This document shows, one piece after another, positions 37,746 through 50,559 of a stretch of DNA of 64,000 bases. Source of the DNA: Leucoraja ocellata (taxonomy: Eukaryota); NCBI GenBank assembly GCA_036785375.1, contig JAWMAR010000073.1, forward strand, positions 2,294,001-2,358,000, given 5' to 3'. Made by a program: the position numbers and the translations under genes. The notes under the pieces are model-generated. The model was not told the DNA's origin. It was given only the letters and a program-made list of their open reading frames with translations, and did no database searches. The first letter of the stretch is position 1. Each line of letters opens with the position of its first letter.

Positions 37746-38104
37746 TCTAAAACATGCATCTAAATGTATGATATGGCTGTCGTCTCTTTGCTGAAGTGAT
37801 GCCCTTTCAGAATTGACTTGCCTTCCCTCTTTGACAGCAAGTTTGAATTGCGAATTTTGTTCAAAAATACATTCCACTTTAAATTGTCAAACCTTTGATA
37901 GTCCACCTTCCACTATTAATGATTTCTGCAGTTGAGCGTTCTCATTGAAACAAGTTCCATTAGAACTTTGTAATGCATTGCATTGAGCATGCAGTTAACG
38001 TAAGTGTTATAGTGAAGGTGATCTTGAGGTATGAGTTAACTATGATCTTATGAATGTTTTGAGCCCATAAGTTACATATCTCGATTAGGAATGGGTTAGA
38101 CCTC

Positions 38105-38769
38105 AATAAGCGAGTTCAGTATTCTGAAAAAGGAAATGTGGGATTTGTCAAAGGTCACTCGCATTAAAGAGAAAGCGAATGAAGTGCTGGCTGTATAAAC
38201 TGTGTATAATTTCTTATCTTTATTCATGATTTAAGTGTAAAATATATTTAATCGAGCGAGGTGTAACAGCGAGAGAGAGGCAAATGCGAGTGGGAGACGG
38301 GGAGAGACTGGGCCCACGGAGAAACATTCTCGGCAGCAGCGAGCACACAGACCCGCGCCTCATCCGCAGCCAGGATGGAACCCGGGTCTCCGGCGCCGCA
38401 AGTGTTGCCCAAACGCCACTGGACCTGGACCGTCCCGTCCCCCCGAGCCGAGCCGGAGCCAGCACCCGGCTTGACAGTCCAGGGCTGCCGACCAACCCGC
38501 CGGGACAGGTCAGAGCCGAGCTGGAACTAGCGCCTCACTCCCGCGTCGGATGCAAGTCCAGGGCCACCCCCACCATTCCCGGACAGGGACGGGACACCCG
38601 GGAAGGGACGGAAACGGACCAGCAGCAACTCAACCGTGCCGGAGACCCGGGCCCGACCACGGACGAAACGCAAGCCCCAACACAACGCAGCATCACAGTG
38701 GCCGAGAATGTTTATCGCAAGTGACGTATGACCTGGGCATGCGCAGTCAGAATACCGAACTTGCTTATT
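38105..38769. mobile_element. TIR-bounded non-autonomous element with CpG-rich interior
   Basis: AATAAGCGAGTTCAGTATTCTGA (38105-38127) vs TCAGAATACCGAACTTGCTTATT (38747-38769): 21/23 inverted match; no clear TSD. Confidence 0.65.
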
Positions 38770-39669
38770 CTAGGAGCACTGATTTTCTGAACAGATTTTA
38801 GGGTTATATACACCTGAATTAAAAAGAGGGCAGTGTGAAATGGAAAACAAAATTTTGTTTGTACAAAGCCATCAAAAATATTTAGGGTGAAGCTTTTATT
38901 TTCAAAATTATTATTTTGAGATATTTGACTTGCTAGAAATTAAGATTAACTTTGTAGGCAATGTCATTTATCATTTGAATTGTACGGTGTGCAGCTTCCA
39001 AATGAGAGACTGCAGAAAGCAGCACTAATATCTTATTTATGAAACAACATGGAGCTGCAGATGATCATAAATTGCAAAATTGTGGTGTTTGTTGACAAGC
39101 ATGTAGCTATGCCTTTAATTCTCATGATGCATTATTTTGCAATAACATTTTTGTGAATTTATATTTGCATTGCACTGCATCACTGCATAATTACTCCATT
39201 TTAATTTACCAATGCAAATTTAAAACTTCATTCTCTCAGTGAAAACAAGGCAGCTTCAGGCATTGCCTCATATAATTTTTGTGCTCTACTTGACATTTAT
39301 CTTTAATTAATCCCAGACCTGGTTCAACATAGAGTTGAGAAGGGGGAGTGGCAATGTTGTAAATCTGAAACATAAAAGAGAAAAACTGAAATGCTTTGCC
39401 ACTTGAAAATCTGACAAAATATTACAGAACTTGCAATCTCAACTGTTTTTCCAGTGGTTTGACATTGTGTAATAAAAACTGAAAACACTGTAAATGCTCA
39501 GCAGCCATGCAGCATTTATGGAAAAATAAACCATTAATGCTTCAGATCAAAAACCTTTATCTGAATTGGGAAAGAGGAAATTGCAGCGTGAGTAGTGGAG
39601 GGATGGATAGGCTAAAAGCATATCTTGGACAGGATGAAGACAGGATCGCCATAGATTTAGGATATAGAG

Positions 39670-40352
39670 GACATAGAAACATTGAAAAATAGGTGCAGGA
39701 GTAGGCCATTCGGCCCTTTGAGCCTGCACTGCCATTCAATCGTCAGAGGAAAGCACTCCAGAGGGCCATTGACAACGCCCAGAGGATTGTCGGCTGCCCT
39801 CTCCTTACCTTGGAGGACTTACACAGTTCCCGCTGCATCAAAAAATCCCAGAGTATAATAAAAGACATTTCCCACCCCGGACACTCCCTGTTTGAACTGT
39901 TGCCGTCAGGTAGACGGTACAGATCTGCAAGGACAAGGACAAACAGACTAAAAAACAGTTTTTACCCCACTGCTATAAAAGCACTAAATGTAGCCGCCAA
40001 GGAACGCAGGGGCGATACATACTAAGGGACTGTGGTACACTGTGAAATCGACAGAAGGATGGAGGGTTGGGTGTTTATGCGTGCTATTTTCGTGATATTT
40101 ATTTTAGTTGTTTATCTTTTAATATTTTATCTTGTATGTATCGTTAGCTTTTAGAAATGTTTGAATGGTGCACTGACTGGCTGACATTTTTAAATTTCGT
40201 TGTACATGGTTCATGTTACAATGACAATAAAGAAACTATTCTATTCTAATATGATCGTGGCTGATCATCTAAAATCAGTACTCCGTTCCTGCTTTTTTCC
40301 CATATCACTTGATTCCTTTAGCCCCAATTCTAATTCTCTCTTGAAAACATCC
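39670..40352 (-). mobile_element. CR1 3' tail split by a Rex1 insertion
   Basis: GCCATTCAAT|...|AATATGATCGTGGCTGATC continuity across the insert. Confidence 0.75.
39741..40247 (+). mobile_element. Rex1/Babar 3' fragment
   Basis: DISHPGHSLFELLPSGRRYRSARTRTNRLKNSFYP; (CTATT)n tail. Confidence 0.85.
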
Positions 40353-41039
40353 TCTGAAGCCACTGAGGGGGAACAAGCCAAACTGTGTACATACCGCTGG
40401 AGAATGGAAGTGAACCTCTAGTTCTAGAAAATATGTAGCTGGGAATCCAACTGTTCTGCTTTATAATACTTAATGAAACAACTCATCAGGTAGTATCATG
40501 ATGGTGTTTGTTTATAACCTGGAGGCAAGAATATTGAAATGTTTTTAAAAAAGCACTTTCATGAAGTATGTATGATCTCGAGAATAGGATAATTAGTATT
40601 TGAGGATTCCTTGTGCCTACAGAAAATAAAGATCTAAAAGTAAGATATTTATAACACTAATAATCTTTGATGCACAAAACATTCCACAGTGCTTCACATA
40701 AATTGTTTGGGTAAAAAAGGTTGACACTAAGCCAGATAAAGAAATACTTATTAGCGCAGGTTTAAAGCTGAATGCTTTCAAAACAAAATTAGAGCGGTTG
40801 AGAGATTAATGTAGGATGTGGTATGAAGGCATAGTTCCTGGAGTAATTTAGATTGGGGATGTTCACAAGATTGGGATTTGAGGGTTTTAGAACAGGAGGA
40901 GGTTAGAGATAGGGGCAAGGTCATGTTGGTATTTTAGCAATTTAAAACTGTTGTTGCATGACTTGGGTTATTGCAAATACGTACCTTCTGAACCTTCTGA
41001 ATTTTGTAGTCGGCAGGGCAGTACTCTGCATATCGCCAA

Positions 41040-41263
41040 TTTGGACAATTTTACATTTTTATCAAGCCAATTAAACAAGCCAATTAACCTACAAACCTGT
41101 ACGTCTTTGGAGTGGGACGAAACCGAACATCTCGGAGAAAACTCACGCAGATCACGGGGAGAACGTACAAACTCCATACAGACAACACCCGTAGTCGGGA
41201 TCGAACCCCGGTCTTTGACGCTGCATTTTGCTGTAAGGCAGCAACTCTACCACTGCCACCGTG
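41040..41263 (-). mobile_element. HE1-like V-SINE
   Basis: Minus-strand tRNA head with GGTTCGATCCC B-box and V-domain; homologous to 6130-6395. Confidence 0.8.
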
Positions 41264-42302
41264 ACTAGGTAAATATGATCAGCAAATAGGATCTATTGTG
41301 CCTTAGGAAACAAAGAACAGTTCATAGGGTCTTTACTATTTCCATGAAAGTAACATGGATAGAGCTAGAACATCCATTGAAGGCTGTTAATATTCAACCA
41401 CCAGGTTGATGGGATATCAAAAGTGGTATAACATATTTCTTAAAGATAAAATGTACACTCCTTACAATGTTTCCCTCTTTTAAAAAGGAAGAATCAAAGC
41501 CAATCAAACCAACAAACATCCACATGTCTAATACCAACTATTTACATGTCCAATTATTTGTCACATGTGCCTAGATAGAATGGAATTTGTGTTTTGCATA
41601 CAATTGAATAACATTTTACTCTACATGAGCACAGTCATACCCAAATACAAGAGTGTAAGAATAGTTGATTCTTAACAATCTAAAGTGTACTGTTAACGCC
41701 TATTCAACACGTCTCATAATCATACAGCATGGAAACAGTACCTTCAGCCCAACTTGTCCTTGCCAACCAACATGCCCCCACTAAACTATTCTAATTTGTC
41801 CAGATTTGGTCCATATCTTTTTAAACCTTAGCTATTCTCCAAATAGCTAAATAATTTCCTATGCTGTTATCTTAATTATCCATAACTATAAATATGTTTT
41901 AAAACATGTTACAATAATACATATAGATTGATCATAACATTTCTGTTAACTTTCTTGCGGGCCTGCTCTCAATGTGCTTTTTGTCATCATTACCCACGGT
42001 GGCCAACCCTTTTCTTTCGCTCCAGCTTGTTGAAGTTAGAAAATCATCAACTAAGCTGTTTTAGAGACTGACAATTTGATGCTATCTGCTTTTAATCTCT
42101 TCTGAACTCTGCACTCTGCGCTATATTGATCTGACATCCAAGTCCAGGCTTGGTTAATATCTCACATGGGATCTTTGGAACTCTCAAATATTTTCCACAG
42201 GATGATGCATTCTTTCCTCAAGGCATCAGGTTCAATCTGAGTGTAATTCAGTCTATTCAGTTACTCAGTAACCCTGTGGAACTCACACTCTTACCCAAGA
42301 GT

Positions 42303-42427
42303 TCAAGAGGAACTGCAGATGCTGGAAGATCAAAGGTACACAAAAATGCTGGAGAAACTCAGTGGGGGCAGCAGCATCTATGGAGCGAAGGAAATAGGTG
42401 ATGTTTCGGGCCGAAACCCTTCTTCAG
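42303..42427 (-). mobile_element. Solo Penelope pLTR unit beginning at the hammerhead core
   Basis: Minus strand starts CTGAAGAAGGGTTTCGGCCCGAAAC; 10-bp TSD ACCCAAGAGT (42293-42302, 42428-42437). Confidence 0.78.
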
Positions 42428-42755
42428 ACCCAAGAGTGCTGCAGTCTCATTCACCATAACATAACTGCAATGACCTTGACACAACACACTTTGGAGAATT
42501 TTCTATCTTCCAGTTTCATTGAGGATCCTTGCCAAAGCATAGGTCTTGCTTTGGTTATCTCGGGCTGCCTGAACAGATCACCCTCTCTTCCCCAAACTGC
42601 TTGCCTTTGAGGACTGTGAATATTTCCACTTCTGTGACAATGCAAATAAAAAATAATATTATAAATAATATTAGTAAATAATATTCAAATACCGTTCATA
42701 TTAGTTTGTGCCAATCTTCCATTTAGGACAGTTTTTCCAATATTTCGACTTGCTT

Positions 42756-43100
42756 GTGTAGGAAGGAACTGCAGATGCTGGTTTAAACCAAAGATTGACA
42801 CAAAGCTAGAGTAACTCAGTGGCTCAGGCAGTATCTCTGGAGAAAAGGAATAGGTGATGTTTTCTTCAGAATGAGATGGAGGAAAGGTAAACTAGAGATA
42901 TAGACGGTGATATAGTACAAATGAATGAAAGATATGCAAAAAAGTAATGGTTAGGGTGAGAAGGGATGAGTTAACCAGGAAGTTGCGGAGGGAACGATCT
43001 CCGTGGAAAGCGGAAAGGGATGGAGATGGAAAGATGTGACTAGTGGTGGAATCCCGTTGGAGGTAGAAGCTGACAATGCTCTATTCTGAAGGTGTGTCCT
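42756..43100 (-). mobile_element. Penelope fragment (pLTR plus ORF 3' piece)
   Basis: GTAGGAAGGAACTGCAGATGCTGG start; 42960-43075 is the reverse complement of the segment seen at 49690-49790. Confidence 0.7.
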
Positions 43101-43964
43101 TCCATGTTGGAGAGGCCATAATATGCATTATACCTGCCCCAGTATATCACTATTGCTAATGTAGGAATATGTTTTCTTCCTCCATGCAGTGAAGTAAACA
43201 TGCACAGCTCCTGCTCAACCCAAACAATCAGCATTGCAAGCTCATGATTTTCCAAAGCAGTATTATTTAGTTATATTACCACTTGCATTACATTTTCCAT
43301 CTGGGAATATCAGATTTCCATTTACTTCTACACATTTTTGCCATAGCTCTTGGCTCTCTCTTACTCAAGCTTTTCATATATTGGCCTGATATCTGGCTGT
43401 CCTCTCAAAAGCACCTTGAATCTAGTTGCTTATAATCTTCCTCCATCTGCAGTGGTGCCAATGAATTGCTAACCATAATCATATCCACGCCTTGAGGAGT
43501 TGCATATCTATACATTATACATAACTACATTGTTAAGTGATACTGAAGTGAAGGAGTGGAAGAAATACTATGTGATGCTGAAGCATCTTGTGTTGATATC
43601 AGTCTGGAAACTGTATCTTATTTGAACATAGAAGTTAAGCACATTTTGCTTGGTTATTACATGCTGCCCAGTTGTGCCACCTGCTCATGGGTTTACCACC
43701 AGGTCATTTAATTCCATACTTATCTGTGCAAATAACATGGTAAGAGTGAAAATGACTGATTGCAATGGCTGAGAATTATCTGCAGGACTTTTTGAGTGTT
43801 GTTTTATGGATCATTATTGGTGTTTAGTTAAGACACTCTGGCATTTGGCACAGAGAGGCATCAATGGGGATGTTTCAGAAATTACAGAATGAATTAATCA
43901 AAATATCTCAAAATGGAAGATCAGGTCTGTCATAGAGATGTACTGAGTATTGTACACTCTCGTC

Positions 43965-44075
43965 ACGAAATGTCACCCATTCCTTCTTTCCAGAGATGCT
44001 GTCTGACCCGCTGAGTTACTCCAGTATTTTGTGTCTATCTTCGGTTTAAACCAGCATCTGCAGTTCCTTCCTACC
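43965..44075 (+). repeat. Penelope pLTR fragment
   Basis: CGAAATGTCACCCATTCC...CAGCATCTGCAGTTCCTTCCTAC. Confidence 0.7.
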
Positions 44076-44842
44076 CACCCCATCCTGAGTTGTATTTATT
44101 CCTTTAATCATGATTGCTGAACCACATTACCTATCATTATCTCATTGTTGCAGCACTTTGCACTGCACAAACTGCTGGCCATGTTTCCCACATTTTAAGT
44201 TGCTTTACGCCAAAAATGATTTTTCGTTCAAGGAAAGCGGAATACAAATGTAAATCTTGTTTTCCTTGTAATGGATAGATGAGAAAGATGATAAGGGAGT
44301 TCGGTGATGATGAAAAGTCTTGGTAAACTCAAATGGAAAAATGTCCATCTGTCAGTAAAGTGTCAGAGTTCACATTAGAGGACATAGTCAAACTGCACAG
44401 AGTTGTGGTCAAATTGCATCTTAAATTCTACATCTAGTCTTGGTTGTCAAATGTTTAGCCATGTAAAACAATCACCTGCCTAAGGCAATGCTCTTCTAAA
44501 TGTCATAGTGATTTACTGTGCTGAAGATCAATGTTTGAACCAACAAAATCAGGCTTGGGTTTCTCACATGCTCCAGGTGAATTTATGTAGTGTCTCGACA
44601 GAAAGATTGCACTCCTATTAGTGTCATCGTCATCAGTACGGCAAACCAATTGATTTTTTATATACAAATTTCAGGAGTACAACAGGTCGCAATCTTCTGA
44701 CTTGGGTAGCAGTGTTGTAATTGAGCTGCAAGGTCGTTCAAGATGTAGGAACTTTATTATCTGGGACATTGCTTTAAGTTGAATTGTGATAATAAGATAA
44801 ACTCAAATGCTTTCGATTTTAAGAACCGGAGTGGGTTACTTA

Positions 44843-45087
44843 AGGGCCTGTCCCACTTGGGCGTCATTTGCGCGTCATGCAGGTGGCGCGCAAAGATTTT
44901 GTGAATCCCAAAATCCTGGGGTGCTGTGCGCGACCGCGCGTCACTGCCTGCACCACCACACTTCACCACGCGCCATGCGTGCATAATGCACGCCATGCGC
45001 GCATCATGACGCGAGGGTCGTGCGTCGTGATGCGTAAATGATGTAGCGTACATGACGCGCAAATGACGCCCAAGTGGGACAGGCCCC
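44843..45087. mobile_element. PIF/Harbinger MITE
   Basis: Perfect 36-bp TIR GGGCCTGTCCCACTTGGGCGTCATTTGCGCGTCATG; TTA on both sides; CpG-rich, so likely young. Confidence 0.9.
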
Positions 45088-46084
45088 TTAGCTGCTTGAC
45101 CCTATTTTGCTACAAGCTTGATATTTGAGATTCATTTTCACACAGCGATCAATGCACTGTATTGTATACGTTTCCAGGTAGTGTTGTGAGGGGATAAACT
45201 TTGGAATCATTTGAGAAATAATTTGATCTGAAACTAGTGATAAGCTTTCTTGTTCTTTTGATGTTGGTGTAAATGGCCTTCCTCAGAAATTAAATTGTGA
45301 TCTTGTGAAATCTTAGATGAGCATTAATCTACAAAAGAACGGATGATGTGCAATAAAACAATATAATCTTGGCTACTGAAAAAATCAGTGGCTTGGTCAG
45401 AGCATGTTTGGGATATGTTGTTTGTTAATTGCAAACGAGTTATTTTTTTTCAGAAATATGTTTAACCAGTCTTGTGTAGGAAGGAACTGCAGATGCTCCA
45501 GTTACTCCAGCATTTTGTGTTTAAACAATCTTGAGTAGTTTCATTTAGACTGAAATAGTGACTCATTTGTGTTTTGCTGTGTCCAAAATCTAATCAGTTG
45601 TAGGATGCATTTGTTGGGTTGTAACCAGAATATTGCTTATTGACAAGAGATAAAAATACTTTTGTATGGCAGCTTTCACAACCTCAGGGTGTACCATTCA
45701 GTGTTTGAGCTCAACGGAGGAAAAACAACTGCCAATTTGTACAGTGGCAGCTTAGTCCATCGGTGATGCAGCTTGCAGGCTATTTTGCTTCAGTCTGCCA
45801 CTATTCTCATTTTTCATCTCTAACAGCTCTCTTTCCTCTCTTTTCAGCTCTCATTTTTCCTGCTCTCACATCTGCTTTTTCCTGGAGCAGTTCCCACAGT
45901 CAGATCCTGATCTCCAAGATCCTATGCAGCATGGAGTTATTCTGCAAAGGTTGTAAGAATATGGTGGGATTTCAACAGATTTGTGGATAATAAGGATAGT
46001 TGGTGGTCAGTGCTGGCAAGCTCAAGAGCCTGTCTCTCGGTTGTATTTCTCTATATTCTATTAAATATTTTGGCAGGTAATTAA

Positions 46085-46290
46085 GCTACACCAAAAAGCA
46101 CAAAGTGCTGGAGTAACTCAGCAGGTCAGGTAGCATTTTGGATTGGGACCCTGCTTCAGACTGGGCATGGATAGGTAATATTTCAGTTCGGGACCCTCCT
46201 TCAGACTTCTCCATAGATGCTGCCTGACCTGCTAAGTTACTCCAGCACTTTTTTGTTTTTTGCTCAAGCTTCCTGCATCTGCAGTTCTGC
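46085..46290. repeat. Inverted pair of Penelope pLTR fragments
   Basis: GTGCTGGAGTAACTCAGCAGGTCAGG mirrored by CCTGACCTGCTAAGTTACTCCAGCAC. Confidence 0.7.
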
Positions 46291-46543
46291 TGCAGGTGGT
46301 ATCTCTTTTGTGCTCTTTCAATGAAGAATGGTGTGGGCTGTAACAACTTGGAAAAGTAAAATAGAATTTAGACACAAGGGACAGCAGATGCTGGTTTAGA
46401 AAAAACCCAGCATCTCTGGGGAACATTGTATTATTGTATTGTAATTGATTGATTAGGCAAGTATGTAAAAACATACAAGGAATTGGATTTGCCCTACAGA
46501 CATATTAAAAAAGCACCAAGACACACAACTACATAAGTTAACA

Positions 46544-47229
46544 TGCACGGGAGACCCGACCTTTTCTCGTCGGGTTTCCGTTACCGTTGGGGCTGCAACG
46601 AGGAGCGGCCTCCAACAGGAAGAGACCGGGGACTCTGGTGCCGACGACTCACCATCGCCGTCGCGGGGCTGGCCGAGTCCGGAGCGGTTGGAGCGGTGGA
46701 GGGGCGCTGCTGCTGCTGCGGCCCGACCGGAGAGTCGGAGGCTTCAACGGCAGGTCTGTGGACGGCGGCACCGGGAGCCCGCGGGTCCCTGGAGGGAGAC
46801 CGCTTTTCAGGGCTCTCGCAACGGCGACTTCCCCCGCCCGAGTTGCGGGGTTGAAGAGCTCCTGGAGCGGGGCCTACATCACTGCCCCGCGCGGCTTGGA
46901 ATGGCCGCGGGACTCTGCGAGCGCACGCCGGGGCTCTAACACCAAGACCCGGTGTGCGACCTCGCACCACCCGGCGTGGCTTTAATGGCCGCGGGACAAT
47001 CGCCATCGCCAGCCGGGGGCTTTGACTTTGACTCTGACAGTGGGGGGGGGGGGAGAGTGCAGTGGAGAGATAAGTTTATTTGGCCTTCCATCACAGCAAT
47101 GTGATGGATGGTTATGTTAATTATGTTGTGTCTTGGGTCTATTTGTTTGTAATGTATGGCTGCAGAAACGGCATTTCGTTTGGGCCTCAAGGGGTCCAAA
47201 TGACAATTAAATGTATCTTGTATCTTGTA
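46544..47229 (+). mobile_element. GC-rich retroposed element with (TATCTTG)n tail
   Basis: Ends TGACAATTAAATGTATCTTGTATCTTGT; interrupts the host at ACAT|AAACATCC. Confidence 0.6.
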
Positions 47230-47639
47230 TAAACATCCACCACAGGGGCTCCCCCACATTCCTCACTGTGATGGAAAGCAATAAAGTCTTAGCTTCTTTC
47301 CTCCTTATTCTCCCACGCAGTCGAACCATCCGCAGTCAGGGCGATTGTAGCTCCAGCAGCTGGTGATCGAAGCTCCCGCGATCGGGGCGGTCAAAGCTCT
47401 TGCGGTTGGAGCTCCCGAAGTCAGTCCCTAACCAAGGTACCGCGAGCTCCACGATGTTAAGTCCACAGGCACCCGCGGTTAGAGCTTCCGAAGTTGATCC
47501 CCAGCAAGAGACCGCCAGCTCCTCGATGTTAGGCAGCAGCGCGGATGGAGATACGATGTGGAAAAAGTCGCATCTTCGTCAAGGGAAGAGATTTTTAAAA
47601 GTTTCCCCACCACATAATACAAAACTAAAGATACACTAA

Positions 47640-47757
47640 AGGGCCTGTCCCACTTGGGCGATTTTTCAGCGGACTGCCAGCGACTGTCAAGTTCGCGGCA
47701 CTCGCCTGAAAAAACAGGAACTGGAACGGCGACTGTCAGAGTAGATCACACACAGAG

Positions 47758-47789
<32 letters not shown>

Positions 47790-48543
47790 ACGCGCACACA
47801 GACGCGCGCGCGCACATGCACACACAGACACAGAGAGAGACACACAGACACAGAGAGAGAGACACACACACACACACGCGCGCACAGACACGAGCAGGGA
47901 CAGACGCGCAGAGACACGCATGCAGAGACGCACGCAGAGAGACGCGCAGAGGCACACGCACACGCAAGCACGCACACACGCGCAAGCACGCACACACACA
48001 CACATGCATGCACATACACACGCATGCACACAAGCACGCACACACACACACACACATACGGAAACGGAAACGCACGGAGACGTGCGCGCACAGACACACA
48101 CACACACACAGATCGCAAAGGCAGGGGTCAGGGAAAGCGGGGGAGCGCTGTCTGAAATTCACACGGTGCAAAGCCAAGGTCAGACACACCGCGATGAACA
48201 GGAAGGTTAAGACGGTTGTGTACGGTAAGTCCATTAAAAGAGGGGGGAGGGGAGAAGGAGTGGAGACACTTTTAAGAAGCCAGACGACTTTCAATAAGCC
48301 AGAGATACACAGCTGTGAAGTTTGGCAGACATTTAACATTACCGGTCGGTTATCCTTGATTCTGAAAACTCCTGCTTACGTTTTTTTTTTCCCCCAATGA
48401 GCCAATGAAAATGCCCGGTCAGCAAAGGCGATTAAATAAAACTACCTTGACTACCCATAACTACATGGCGACCCCACTACAACTGCACCTACAACTACAG
48501 GATTATCGATTTTCTCCATGTCGACCAATTGGGACAGGCTCTT
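47640..48543. mobile_element. PIF/Harbinger MITE with internal compound (CA/GA/CG) microsatellite
   Basis: AGGGCCTGTCCCA / TGGGACAGGCTCT termini, TAA flanks; simple repeat 47748-48110. Confidence 0.85.
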
Positions 48544-49502
48544 TAAACATACATTTAACAACAGACTAAAAACACCAAAAGAAGAAAAGGATGAGACAGA
48601 CTGTTAGCGAGGCTTCCATCTTGCGGCGCCATCCGATAGGCAACGTTACTGGTCGGGACTCTTCTTCGGACCTGACCCGAAGCGTCGTCTATCCGTGTTC
48701 TCCAGAAGTAAAATAGAATGTTCTGTTTGTTTTCTTGTCAATACATACTTTGCGTTAACTAAATCATCTTGTGACATCAAATTGCCACATGTGAAGCCTT
48801 CACCAAAACATTGTTTTGCATTTCTGCTTGCATGAGATGTATTTTGTGGAGAAAAACCCTCATTTTAGTGCTTGGGAGAAAAAAATATAATGGATAGCAG
48901 CGTAATTAAATACGCATTGAAGAGGAATTGTATTACAAAATGTTTTGAGTATTGAAGATAATAGATTGTGCATAATAGGAACAAAACTGTCTATTGATGC
49001 CCTCAAGCCTGCTTATTCATTATTACATTTTGGATAATTGTATCCCAAATCTATTTATCTGGTTTGGCTCCAATTTTTCATATCCCTGGGTAGTGTTAAC
49101 TAACAAAAATCTGTCTCTCTCCAGATAGCTCCAATTAACCATACATCCACAGTTGAGGGAAGAGTGCTTAAAATGTCCTTGAGGCTTTGTGCGCAAAAGT
49201 GCTTCCTGCTGTTTTACACGAGCAGCCTAATTCTGATTTTAAGATTATTTCCCTTCTGTATTCCTCCATCCAAAAAAATAGTTTCACAGTTGGATCATAA
49301 AAATACCAGTTTTGATATTGTTTTAAAGCTTTGGAAATGAGTATGAAACACAACATAACGTAGCTCATGATGAGGCTTTTTTATTATGCTTTCTTATCCT
49401 TGGCCAGCCTGGGTATTTTTCTTTGATTTTTCTTTATTAGTGTTCAGCAAAACTGGGTATTTTTAGTTCTTAAACAGAAATATCCATTAGATAATGCATC
49501 AT

Positions 49503-50405
49503 GTGTAGGAAAGAACTGCACATCCTGGTTTAAATCGAAGGAAGACACAAAATGCTGGAGTAACACAGCGGGACAGGCAGCATCTCTGGAGAGAAGCAAT
49601 GGGTGACGTTTCGGGTCGAGACCCTTCTACAGACTTCCACCCCATCAGCTGTCGCATACAGCATATAATCCTCCAACGCTTTCTCCACCTTCAACGGGAT
49701 CCCACTACTGGCCACATCTTCCCACCTCCACTCTTTTCTGCTTTCCGCAGAGACCGTTCCCTTCGCAACACCCTGGTCAACTCGTCCCTTCCCACCAAAA
49801 CCAATTCCTCCCCAGGTACTTTCCCCTGCAACCGCAGGAGATGCATCACCTGTCCCTTTACCTCCCCCCTCTAATCCATCCGACCCCGACAGTCTTTTCA
49901 GGTGAGGTAGAGGTTCACTTGCACCTCCTCCAACCTCATCTACTGTATCCGCTGTTCCAGGGTTCAACTTCTGTACACAGCGAGACCAAGCGCGGGCTCG
50001 GTGATCGTTTCGCTGAACACCTCCGCTCAATCTACCTGATCTCCTGGTTACTCAGCACTTTAACTCCCCCTCCCATTCCCAATCTGACCTTTCTGTCCTG
50101 GGTCGCATCCATTGTCAGAGTGAGGCCCAGCGCCAATTGGAGGAACAGCACCTCATATTTCGCTTGGGTAGCTTACACACCAGTGGTATGAACATTGACT
50201 TCTCTAATTTCAAATAGCCATGGTTTTCCCTGCTTCTCCATCCCCTTCCCAGTTCTCCCACCAGTCTTACTGTCTCCGACTACATCCTATCTCTGTCCCG
50301 CCCACTCCCCTGACATCTGTCTGAGGTAGGCTCTTGACCCAAAATGTCACCCATTCCTTCTCCAGAGATGCTGCCTGTCTCGCCAGCATTTTGTGTCTAC
50401 CCATG
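49503..50405 (+). mobile_element. Penelope-like element: inverted 5' pLTR, GIY-YIG endonuclease remnant, 3' pLTR
   Basis: FPCNRRRCITCP, FTCTSSNLIYCIRC, ETKRGLGDRFAEHLRS; 11-bp TSD TAATGCATCAT (49492-49502, 50406-50416). Confidence 0.88.
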
Positions 50406-50479
50406 TAATGCATCATTATCTATTAGTTAATACATAAGACCCCAAGAGATTTTATAGCTACATTTTTATAGGGGTAACT

Positions 50480-50503
50480 AGAGAGAGAGAGAGAGAGAGA
50501 GAG
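50480..50503. repeat. (GA)n microsatellite
   Basis: Direct observation. Confidence 0.9.
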
Positions 50504-50559
50504 TGGGACACCTCAGAAATCATAGTTTCAACACGGTGTGGAGCCACATGAGATGGACA

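Larger units (their letters stand above)
46425..48635 (-). mobile_element. GC-rich non-autonomous retroelement (Rex1-type tail), hosting two insertions
   Basis: (TATTG)-like tail at left; minus-strand 5' end GATGGCGCCGCAAGATGG; sequence continuity across both inserts. Confidence 0.5.

Noticed and set aside
38220-38801. GC-rich ORFs of 83-146 aa (similar ones at 46543-47006)
   Set aside because: Stop-poor GC-rich repeat sequence; no domain recognised
44675-44780. Acceptor TTTCAG followed by a short open frame
   Set aside because: No recognisable product or convincing donor
47654-48400. 248-aa His/Thr-rich ORF and antisense Cys/Val-rich ORFs
   Set aside because: Translation of a CA/GA microsatellite inside a MITE
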